DNA of 21,765 nt from Pedosphaera sp. Its GTDB lineage: Bacteria; Verrucomicrobiota; Verrucomicrobiia; Limisphaerales; SIBH01. The stretch covers positions 1-21,765 of the forward strand of contig JANOQV010000077.1 of NCBI GenBank assembly GCA_031414955.1, read 5' to 3'. Of this stretch, positions 8,658-17,019 are shown one piece after another. Position numbers and translations under genes: made by a program. Each line of letters begins with the position of its first letter. The stretch's first letter is position 1. The notes under the pieces are model-generated. The model was not told where the DNA came from. It saw nothing but the letters and a program-made list of their open reading frames with translations, and made no database searches.

Positions 8658-11600
8658 ATGAAAACATTCCAGCTTTCCATTCTTGGCTTCCTGGCCACCG
8701 CAGTCGTTTCCACCGCTGCTTCGACCTTGCAGTTCACCAACATCTCCGTGCGTATTAACGCCCCTGGGAACAGCCTCTACGGAGTGGCTTATGGCGAGGG
8801 CCGGTTCATGGCCGTGGGAACCAACAGTCGGGTCCTGGTGGGAAACTTCGTGCCCGGCCAGTCGTTTATTGATCCGCAATTCTGGACCATTAACAGCGCC
8901 ACGGCTTCTGGGAAAAAGAAGCTGGGGCTGCTGTCTATCGCTGCGAGCAGTTCCAACCTTTTCGTGCTCAGCGGCGAAGGGAACCGTTACTTCACCACCA
9001 CCGACGGGACGAATTTCGTGGATGAAAACCGAAAAATCTTCAGTACCAGGGCCGCCGTTTCAGGTCTGGCCTTCAACGGTAATACTTTTGTCGCCGTTCC
9101 CAAGGCTCCGCAAATTGGCTTCGCTCGGTCTGATGGCACGGCTCACGTCTTGAGGTGGGCCGAGGCTGGATCCATTGTGGATCTGTCTTATCCCGAATCA
9201 TTCCGGGCGGTGACTCCCTATCGGAATGGTTTTGCCGCTTGTGGCGTGTTCGGAGTGGTCCGGACCTCGGGTAATGGCAACGAGTGGACGCTGGCGCGGA
9301 ATGGCGGGGTCGGAGAACCGGACTTGCTCGGGATTGCTTCGGACGGGGAGAACACTCTGGTTGCGGTGGGCAAAACCGGACGGAGCGCCGTCAGCGGCGG
9401 GGTCATCATTTCCCGGCCCGATACGCAAAACGGCGGGGTGAAGTTTTCCAAAACTTTTGATGGCAAGGGTTTCGGCCCACTGAGCGCCGTCGCCTTCAAT
9501 GGGTCTGAATTTGTCGCGGTTGGTCGGAGGGGAGTGATCCTCGCCAGCACGACCACTCCGAACGGTCGGGCGTGGAGCAAGGTGGCCGTAACGAACTTGA
9601 CGCAAGACCTGCAGGGAGTGGCTTTCGCCACGAATGGTAATCTCCGGGGGGTTGGCATCGTGGTGGGGGCCAAACGAAGTGATGGCCGCGCCACCGTGCT
9701 ACTCGTGGGCGAACCGCCCAATGCTCCGGTAGTGATCACGAATGCCACGAATGTTTGTGCCGGTGAGGATCGCTCGATGATCGTGAGCATCACCAACAGC
9801 GTTGGCCCTGGATTGGTGGCGGTGGAGTGGTTTGACTTGGATGCAGGCTCATCGATTCTTCATGGAACCATCAAAGGCGATTGGAGATTTGAACTCTCTA
9901 ACACACTTTCCGAATTCACCTTGCGACCGGTGTTGACCACAGGAAATCTCACGGATCTCAACCAGCCTACCACCTTGCGAATCGGAGCCCGCGCCATTGA
10001 TCTCCGTACCGGTTTTACCGGCACCACCACCCGGTTGGACCGGGTTATTTTCCCGCGCCCGACCTCCTTGGTTTCGGGCCACACGAATATCTGCAACGGT
10101 CAACCGGTCAGCATCCGTGCCGACTTGACGGGCCTTGGCCCGTGGCTCGTCTCCTGGACTTCCAACGGGACGGTTCTTGCCCCCGTGCCCAGTGCGACCC
10201 GCGTGGCACTGCTCAATTTCACTCCCATCAACCCGGAGTTAAACACGTTTTCTCTCCATGAATTTAAGGTGGCCGCGCTGGTGGATTTGGGCTCGGCCCT
10301 GCAATGCGCGGCTAATGTGTTGAGCAATGATTTGGTCGGCACGGCCATTGTGACCAATTTCCCGCGCCCGACGGCCTTGGTGTCCGGGAGTACGAATATC
10401 TGCAACGGAGAACCGGTCACCATTCGGGCCGAGCTGACTGGGATCGGGCCGTGGCAAATCACCTGGGCTTCCAACGGATTTCTTCTTCCAGCGCTCGCAA
10501 GCTCCAGTCCTCTGGCGCTGCTCGGCACCACGCCCAGCAGCCCCGAGTTGAACGCGCCTTCCCTGCACGAGTACCGGGTCGCGGCGTTGGTGGACTTGGG
10601 TTCAGCACTCCAGTGTGTGGCCAATGTTTTGAGTAATGATCTGAGGGGTACGGCCATCGTGACCAATTTCCCGCGCCCGACGGCCGTGGTGTCCGGCACC
10701 ACGAATATCTGCAACGGTGATCCAGTCACCGTTCGGGCCGATTTGACAGGGATTGGGCCGTGGCAAGTCACTTGGGCTTCCAATGGCGTGGCCCTTCCGG
10801 CGGTCTTCAACGCCGCGCCGCTCGCGTTACTCGAGGTTGCGCCGATCAGCGCGGAGTTGAATGGATTCTCGCTGCATACTTTTGGGGTCGCGGCGTTGGT
10901 GGACTTGGGCTCAGCCCTGCAATGCGCGGCCAATGTGTTGAGCAACGATTTGCGGGGCACGGCCATCGTGACCAACTTCCCGCGTCCCACCGCGGTGGTG
11001 TCCGGCAGCACCAATATCTGCAACGATCAGCCGGTCACCATCCGGGCTGACTTGACGGGGCTTGGCCCCTGGCGCGTCATCTGGACTTCCAATGATCTGG
11101 CTCTGCCCGCGATCACAAATGACACGCCTCTAGCGCTGCTAAATGTCATCCCCATCAGCCCTGCTTCGAACACCTATTTCCTCCATGAATTCAGGGTTGC
11201 CATCCTGGTGGACTTGGGATCAGCCTTGCAATGCGCGGCCAACGTGTTGAGCAACGATTTGCGGGGCACGGCCATCGTGACCAACTTCCCGCGTCCGACT
11301 GCGGTGGTGTCCGGCAGCACCAATATCTGCAACGGGCAGCCGGCTTTGATACAGGCGGAATTGACGGGGATTGGTCCGTGGCAAATCACCTGGGCTTCGA
11401 ACGATGTGGTGCTGCCCGCTCAAACGGTTTCGGGAGTGGAGCGTCCTTTCGTCGCCGTCCGGACGGAGACGCCCATTAGTCCCGAACCAAACGCAGTCTT
11501 CCTCCACCACTACCGGGTGGTGAACTTGGTAGACTTGGGTTCCGCAGTGAACTGCCCGGCGACCTTGGAGAATCTGACTGGCACCGCCACTGTGACCAAT

Positions 11601-13367
11601 TACCCACGGCCCACCGCGGTGGTATCTGGCAACAAGACGGATTGTGAAGGGGGAGTGGCCGATGTTCAGGCCGAGCTGACCGGCATTGGTCCCTGGCAAA
11701 TCACCTGGGCCTCCAACGGCGTCGTTCTTCCACCCCAAACCGTGCCCAGTGGATCCTCTCCGGTGATTCACGTTCGCACTGAGACGCCCGCCAGCCTGGA
11801 TCCAAACGCGGTAACTTTGCATCGCTTCACGGTGACCAACCTGGTGGATATGGGTTCTGCTCTGGCCTGCGCGGCCAACTCTGGGAGCAATGATTTGCGC
11901 GGCAGCGCCCTGGTCACGGTCAATCCCCGGCCCACCTCGACCATCATCAGCGGCAGTACCAATTTCTACAACCTCCCCTTCAAGAAGAACGAGCATGACA
12001 AAGACTTCGACATCACGGCCGTGGCCCAACTGACCGGCGTCGGGCCATGGAAAGTGACTTGGTCAGACGGGGTTACTGATCCGGTGGAGGTGACCCACAA
12101 CAGCAGTCCGGCCTCTCATGAATTTACGGTGAAAGTGTTCAAGGCGACCCTGCCGACCAATTTCACCTTTTCAGTGATTGCCTTGTCGAACAGCGCCACC
12201 ACCTGCCAGGCCGGGTTGAGCGACTTGAGGTCAAACGCGGTGGCCAGCTTCAATCCGCTCCCGGCTGCCTTGGTTTCTGGCCGGACCAACCTGTGTGCTG
12301 ATAATCTCAGTGACTTCGAGATCGAGGTCGATTTGTCAGGTCGCGGCCCTTGGACCAACATTGTCTGGTCGGATGGATTCACCAATGTGCTCGAGACCAA
12401 CAGTTTCGTGCGCACCATCCCGGTCAGCTATTTTTCCAACTTGACCTCCGCCTCCTCCAATTACGTTTTCTATATCACGAATCTGCACGATTCTTTCACC
12501 AACACGGCGAACACAAACCTCGACCTATTGGGAGTTGCCCAACTGACCATCTATGCTGTCGCCACCAACGCGCCGGTCAGCCTGGGTAATATCACAAACT
12601 GTGACAATGAAGTGGCCGAGCTCAAGGTAAGCGTCGCGGATGGGTTCACGGTGGACTGGTTTGAGGATGCTGGTCAAACGGTGCTGCTGCTCCCGGGTTC
12701 GACGAATTTGGCGATCAACTCCGACGTGGGGACGAATGTGTACTGGGCCGCCGTTCGTTCCATCGATGCACCCGTCAGGTTGTGCTACTTCGCGGTCAAC
12801 ACGCCAGTCACAAATGTGGTCATTCCGGTGCCCGCCACGGGAGCGACCAGCGTCGGTAATGTGACCAGCCTGACCAATATCCCGGTGCAACTGGAAGTCG
12901 CAGTGGATGCAGGTTTGACCGTCGATTGGTTTGCCGACGAGGCCCGAACCTTGCCCATCTTGAACGGACAAGGAACGACTACCGTGCATGATATTCTGGC
13001 CAGCGAGGCCGGAGCGACGAACTACTACGCAGCGGTGCGCTACGCCTCCGCGAGTGAACCGTTCTGCTACTTTCCGATCAACACCATCGTTACTCATGTG
13101 GCGACCAATCTTCCGCCAACCCCACCCATGCTCGGCAGCGCAGCGAGTGGAACTCCGGTTCTGGGTCTGACCAAATCCGGAACCGCTTTGTCTCTGCAAT
13201 GGACGGGGGATTTTGTCCTTCAGAAATGCACGGATCTGGCCACCGGCAAGTGGGTCAATGTCCAGTCTGGCACGTCCGGTGTTATGAACACCTGCACCTT
13301 ACCGATCCCAAGCGCAGCTTCCAGCGGGAGCGCCTTCTTCCGACTGGTTCCCGGCAGTTCCAAGTAG
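8658..13367 (+). CDS. Large secreted surface protein/adhesin: beta-propeller + tandem Ig-like repeats + putative C-terminal sorting domain
   Basis: Signal peptide MKTFQLSILGFLATAVVSTAAS; propeller blades (VAYGEGRFMAVG, LAFNGNTFVAV, VAFNGSEFVAVG); 8 repeats of about 103-110 aa; 2 Ig_7-like units (TVDWF..., YWAA/YYAA); C-terminal LQW...LQ..TDL...W...FFRL. Confidence 0.88.
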   Translation: MKTFQLSILGFLATAVVSTAASTLQFTNISVRINAPGNSLYGVAYGEGRFMAVGTNSRVLVGNFVPGQSFIDPQFWTINSATASGKKKLGLLSIAASSSNLFVLSGEGNRYFTTTDGTNFVDENRKIFSTRAAVSGLAFNGNTFVAVPKAPQIGFARSDGTAHVLRWAEAGSIVDLSYPESFRAVTPYRNGFAACGVFGVVRTSGNGNEWTLARNGGVGEPDLLGIASDGENTLVAVGKTGRSAVSGGVIISRPDTQNGGVKFSKTFDGKGFGPLSAVAFNGSEFVAVGRRGVILASTTTPNGRAWSKVAVTNLTQDLQGVAFATNGNLRGVGIVVGAKRSDGRATVLLVGEPPNAPVVITNATNVCAGEDRSMIVSITNSVGPGLVAVEWFDLDAGSSILHGTIKGDWRFELSNTLSEFTLRPVLTTGNLTDLNQPTTLRIGARAIDLRTGFTGTTTRLDRVIFPRPTSLVSGHTNICNGQPVSIRADLTGLGPWLVSWTSNGTVLAPVPSATRVALLNFTPINPELNTFSLHEFKVAALVDLGSALQCAANVLSNDLVGTAIVTNFPRPTALVSGSTNICNGEPVTIRAELTGIGPWQITWASNGFLLPALASSSPLALLGTTPSSPELNAPSLHEYRVAALVDLGSALQCVANVLSNDLRGTAIVTNFPRPTAVVSGTTNICNGDPVTVRADLTGIGPWQVTWASNGVALPAVFNAAPLALLEVAPISAELNGFSLHTFGVAALVDLGSALQCAANVLSNDLRGTAIVTNFPRPTAVVSGSTNICNDQPVTIRADLTGLGPWRVIWTSNDLALPAITNDTPLALLNVIPISPASNTYFLHEFRVAILVDLGSALQCAANVLSNDLRGTAIVTNFPRPTAVVSGSTNICNGQPALIQAELTGIGPWQITWASNDVVLPAQTVSGVERPFVAVRTETPISPEPNAVFLHHYRVVNLVDLGSAVNCPATLENLTGTATVTNYPRPTAVVSGNKTDCEGGVADVQAELTGIGPWQITWASNGVVLPPQTVPSGSSPVIHVRTETPASLDPNAVTLHRFTVTNLVDMGSALACAANSGSNDLRGSALVTVNPRPTSTIISGSTNFYNLPFKKNEHDKDFDITAVAQLTGVGPWKVTWSDGVTDPVEVTHNSSPASHEFTVKVFKATLPTNFTFSVIALSNSATTCQAGLSDLRSNAVASFNPLPAALVSGRTNLCADNLSDFEIEVDLSGRGPWTNIVWSDGFTNVLETNSFVRTIPVSYFSNLTSASSNYVFYITNLHDSFTNTANTNLDLLGVAQLTIYAVATNAPVSLGNITNCDNEVAELKVSVADGFTVDWFEDAGQTVLLLPGSTNLAINSDVGTNVYWAAVRSIDAPVRLCYFAVNTPVTNVVIPVPATGATSVGNVTSLTNIPVQLEVAVDAGLTVDWFADEARTLPILNGQGTTTVHDILASEAGATNYYAAVRYASASEPFCYFPINTIVTHVATNLPPTPPMLGSAASGTPVLGLTKSGTALSLQWTGDFVLQKCTDLATGKWVNVQSGTSGVMNTCTLPIPSAASSGSAFFRLVPGSSK
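10050..12555 (+). repeat. Eight intragenic tandem domain repeats (309-330 bp)
   Basis: Unit starts at 10050, 10359, 10668, 10977, 11286 (309-bp period), then 11601, 11922, 12252. Consensus FPRPTAVVSG.TNICNG.P..I.A.LTG.GPW..TW.SN...LVDLGSAL.C.AN..SNDL.GTA.VTN. Confidence 0.93.
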
Positions 13368-13867
13368 GGACGGTTGGTTGGACATCGCCCCGTTCTTGCG
13401 TCGCCGTCCTCGGGGAAACCGAGCACTGCTCATCTGGGCGTGTCCGAGCCTGTGCGTTTCCAGTCCGAACGGCAGGGCCATGTTCCGCGACTGCTTGGAC
13501 TGAGGGGCGAGTGCAAAACAGATGTTCAGTCTCCGGCCTGTGGGAAGATCTCGTACTTGGAGTGAGGGATCTTCAGTGGAGGCCACCATCAAAGGCGCGT
13601 TCCACTACGATGCGACCCTTTGCTTCCCCGGAACATTCAAGAACGTGGCCAACCCGGTTGCCGGGCGACGAGCGGGAAGTTTCCGCCCCTGCCTCCGGTG
13701 AAGGCCCAAGCCGGGTGCCCCGCCTCCGGGCTGAGGGTGAAGAGTATGAGCCTCCGATCTTGGTGCTTGATAGGTGATCCCCTCGGCCCTCCAGCCTGTG
13801 TTTCGCAACCAACGCTGGTTCTTTGCCTCGGCTCCTCTTGGTGAATGCGTCCGGTCTTACTCGAACA

Positions 13868-13916
13868 TTGACTTGAACTTTGACCCGCGCATAACAATGG
13901 CTGGTCAGCACTTTGA
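13868..13916 (+). promoter_or_regulatory. Putative sigma70-type promoter and operator for the T6SS module
   Basis: TTGACT (13868-13873)-N16-CATAAC (13890-13895), followed by TGGCTGGTCAGCACTTTGA (13898-13916). Confidence 0.35.
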
Positions 13917-13972
13917 TGGTTTTAACGCATGAAGCTGTATTTCTTTTCAATCCACGCCGTTCCGCGCTCCGT

Positions 13973-14896
13973 ATGCACCTCGAACTGAGCGAGGAGTCTG
14001 CTTGGGCCAGCGGCGTGGCTGCTCGGCTGCGCGTGTTGCAGGCCAATGGTTCCGAGGCTCCGGCCGCAACGCAGCAGGAGTTCATCACCGAAGAACTGGA
14101 GCGTGCCCTCAAGGAGGTGGTTCCTTCAAAACGCAATGCGTTTCTTCTGGCTTTAGGCGGACACTTTCCGGCCTGGCTGGTCGCACCGGCTGGAGACCAG
14201 GTCTCGGCGGCGAAAGCCGAAATCATAGAAGACACGCCTGAGCGCCGACTGGAGAGCCTCCTCCAGGTGGCTCCGGAACTGACTCCGGAACAGCGGCTCA
14301 AGTTCGCCGCGAAACTCAAGGCCGCCGGTTTCGTTGTGGTGGAGGAGAGCAAGGCCTTGCCGGCCGCGCCCGAACTGGAGAAAGCTTTGGGGGGCAGCCT
14401 GCCGCAATTGGACGCCGAGCGCGCCGTGAAGCTGCTGGCCCTGACTTCCTCGTTCGCCCTGACCTTGGAACAATTGGTCTGGAATCTCTGGAAACAGATC
14501 GCCCAGAAGTCCATGGTGCGTCGTGACTCTGGCCCGGCCAGCGACATGCGGCTGCTGATGCGCCGCTACGTGGCCGGGGATTCCGAGGTTTCCGCCCAGC
14601 AGATAAATCAAATCATTGAGCAGTCGCGCAAGTTGACGGCCGGGCTGCTCATGGCCATGGGCGGGGTCGGGCCGGAATTTGCCAAGAAATTTCAGGAGCG
14701 GTTCGTGCCTCACGAAATCGAGGAGCTGGCCCGCATCGAGAAGAAGGTGATGGAGACGCTGGAGAAGGCGTGCTGGAGAAAGTACGGTGAGATCTACAAG
14801 GATTTTGGCAGCGAGGCGGCCATTGACAGCCTGATTGAAGAAGCGGTGGTGCGGTACGCGGAGAAAGTGATGCGTGGCCAGCAAACCAGCGCCTGA
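13973..14896 (+). CDS. T6SS-associated hypothetical protein, helical; C-terminus resembles the Fha/TagH C-terminal domain
   Basis: Ends 5 bp before tssK; no signal peptide or lipobox. C-terminal RF.P..IE....K.CW.KY..IY.......I......Y pattern. Start could be 13913 or 13916. Confidence 0.75.
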   Translation: MHLELSEESAWASGVAARLRVLQANGSEAPAATQQEFITEELERALKEVVPSKRNAFLLALGGHFPAWLVAPAGDQVSAAKAEIIEDTPERRLESLLQVAPELTPEQRLKFAAKLKAAGFVVVEESKALPAAPELEKALGGSLPQLDAERAVKLLALTSSFALTLEQLVWNLWKQIAQKSMVRRDSGPASDMRLLMRRYVAGDSEVSAQQINQIIEQSRKLTAGLLMAMGGVGPEFAKKFQERFVPHEIEELARIEKKVMETLEKACWRKYGEIYKDFGSEAAIDSLIEEAVVRYAEKVMRGQQTSA

Positions 14897-14901
14897 AGAA
14901 C

Positions 14902-16281
14902 ATGGACGCACACATTCACTGGCACGAAGGGTTGTTCCTTCAGCCGCATCATCTGCAACGCATGCAGCGATCCCTGCGCGAACTGGTCCTCGCAGATCGC
15001 AAGCTGGCCTGGAACCATCCCTACGGCGTGATCCAGGCGCATGTTTCCCGGGATGAACTCGAGAACATGCGCGTGCGCTTCGACCGCCTGCGCGTCATCA
15101 TGCCCAGCGGGTTGGAGGTAAATTTCCCCGACAACGCCGAACTCCCTTCGCTGGACATCAAGCAGGCTTTTGCCAAGGGGGCCGGAGCTTTTCGCATCTC
15201 GCTCGGTGTGCCCCTCTGGTTTAACGCCCGCGCCAACACGGTGCGCCAGGGCGAGGATGTGGATTCACGCGTCAAGCTGCTCTACCGCGTGGCCGAAGCC
15301 GAATGCACCGACGAGAACACGGGCGAGAATCCGAGGCCCGTCCAAGTGCGCAAGATCAACGCCCGGCTCCTGCTGGAAAATGAAGACACCGCCGACCTGG
15401 AGGTGATTCCGCTGCTTCGGATCGTCCGCGGCACGGCCGGTCAGGTGGGCGTGCCTCAGCAAGACCCCGAGTATGTCCCGCCCTGCTTGATTTTGAGCGG
15501 GTCCAACGTGCTGCGCGAACTGATCGGCGATCTCGTGGCCAACGTCGAGGCCAGCCGCAAGGCGCTGGTGGTGCAGGTCACGGGCGGAGGATTCAGCGTG
15601 GACACGATGCGGGGTGTCCAGTTCGAGCAGGTGATCCGCCTGCGCACCCTGAACCGTTTCAGCGCCCGGCTGCCTTCCCTGCTCCAGGCTCCGCAGGTCA
15701 CGCTTTTCACTCTTTATCTCGAGCTGCGCGAACTGCTCGGCGAACTCATGGCCCTCCATCCGGATCGCGATGACTTTGACTGCTCGCCCTACGATCATGA
15801 TCAGCCCTACATCTGTTTCCGCGAGCTATCGAACAAAATCCGGCCCTTCCTCAAGGGCGTGGTCAAGGAGCGTTTCATCCAGGTTGAGTTCAACGACGTG
15901 AACGGACTGCTCACCGCCCCTCTGACCGAGGAGCATTTCACCGCTCCCAACGCCTATTTTCTGGGCATCAAGACCAAGCAGGATCCGGTCGGCCTCGCGC
16001 GCTTCGTCGAGGACGAAGACAAGTTCAAGTTCATGCCCCAGACCCTGGCGCGCGCCGCCATCCGGGGAATCAAACTCAAGTGGGAGCGCCAGCCTCCACT
16101 TGGTTTGCCCGCTTCCTCGGATTTGCATTACTTCCGCATTGATCGCACTTCGAACGAGCGGCGCTGGGAGCAAATTCAAAAGGAGAAGCTCGCCGTCGTG
16201 GTATGGGAGGCGCAGCGCAGCGAGAACACCATCGAGCGTCAAGGCACGACCTTTACCCTCTACATGACCGCACCCAATTAG
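14902..16281 (+). CDS. tssK: Type VI secretion baseplate subunit TssK (ImpJ/VasE)
   Basis: N-terminal IHWHEGLFLQPHHLQ, YGV, IMPSG, DPEYVPPCL, LYLELRELLGEL, YDHD, PP.GLP....HYFRID...W; 459 aa. Confidence 0.93.
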   Translation: MDAHIHWHEGLFLQPHHLQRMQRSLRELVLADRKLAWNHPYGVIQAHVSRDELENMRVRFDRLRVIMPSGLEVNFPDNAELPSLDIKQAFAKGAGAFRISLGVPLWFNARANTVRQGEDVDSRVKLLYRVAEAECTDENTGENPRPVQVRKINARLLLENEDTADLEVIPLLRIVRGTAGQVGVPQQDPEYVPPCLILSGSNVLRELIGDLVANVEASRKALVVQVTGGGFSVDTMRGVQFEQVIRLRTLNRFSARLPSLLQAPQVTLFTLYLELRELLGELMALHPDRDDFDCSPYDHDQPYICFRELSNKIRPFLKGVVKERFIQVEFNDVNGLLTAPLTEEHFTAPNAYFLGIKTKQDPVGLARFVEDEDKFKFMPQTLARAAIRGIKLKWERQPPLGLPASSDLHYFRIDRTSNERRWEQIQKEKLAVVVWEAQRSENTIERQGTTFTLYMTAPN

Positions 16282-16291
16282 GAATTTTTTT

Positions 16292-16987
16292 ATGACCGCC
16301 CTCGAAGTTTGCGAACCTGTCTTCCAATACGTCTGCCGTCTCAACCGCCTGGCCCGCAGCGGGGCGGCGGCCGACTATTCGGTGGTGCGCGCGGAACTCA
16401 AAGCCCTGCTGGAAGACGCCCAGCAAAAGGCCGCTTCCGAAGTCCGGCTTTCCGCCCAGATGAAGCGGCTCGAACTGCCCTTGATGTTTTTCGTCGATTC
16501 CATGATCGCGGAGAGCGGATTGAAGTTCGCCCAGCAATGGCATCAGAACCGGCTCGCCTACGAGCGCAATGAACTGGCTGGGGACGAGAAGTTTTTCGAC
16601 CTCCTGGAAGAGACCCTCAAGGACAACAGCGACGAAGCCTCGGAGCGGCTGGCCGTCCTTTACACCTGCATGGGCCTGGGCTTCGTCGGCATGTATATTG
16701 GGCAGCCGGAATACTTGCGGAAGACCATGATGACCATTTCGCCCCGCATCCGGCATCTCATGGTGGCCGACAACACGGCCCGTCTCTGCGGCGAGGCCTA
16801 CGAAGGCGTGGACACCCGGAACCTCGTCCAACCCCCCGGTGGCCGGCTGGTCTTTCTCGGCCTGCTCTTTCTCGTCTGCTCCATTGCGGTCATCGTTTCC
16901 TACATCCTCATGTTTAACAGCTCCAAGAGCGGGTTGGCCAAATCCCTGGAGACTATCGTCAAGCGGGACGCGGCGGCGGCGAAATAA
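16292..16987 (+). CDS. tssL: Type VI secretion membrane protein TssL (DotU family), no OmpA domain
   Basis: PLMFFVDSMI, W....L, GDEKFFDLL, LYTCMGLGFVG.Y, single C-terminal TM (LVFLGLLFLVCSIAVIVSYILMF); lies between tssK and tssM. Confidence 0.92.
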   Translation: MTALEVCEPVFQYVCRLNRLARSGAAADYSVVRAELKALLEDAQQKAASEVRLSAQMKRLELPLMFFVDSMIAESGLKFAQQWHQNRLAYERNELAGDEKFFDLLEETLKDNSDEASERLAVLYTCMGLGFVGMYIGQPEYLRKTMMTISPRIRHLMVADNTARLCGEAYEGVDTRNLVQPPGGRLVFLGLLFLVCSIAVIVSYILMFNSSKSGLAKSLETIVKRDAAAAK

Positions 16988-17019
16988 GCTGCCCTGGTGA
17001 AAACACATTTTGCACGGTT

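Noticed and set aside
10050..11600. Possible CRISPR or DGR template/variable repeats
   Set aside because: Repeats are protein domains within one ORF; no reverse transcriptase and no adenine-specific mismatch pattern.
13199..13777. 192-aa ORF overlapping the adhesin 3' end
   Set aside because: Out-of-frame overlap, atypical composition and no motifs; no lipobox, so not tssJ.
16285..16291. T7 tract between the tssL RBS and ATG as a phase-variation site
   Set aside because: Too short to support; likely just an unstructured translation-initiation spacer.
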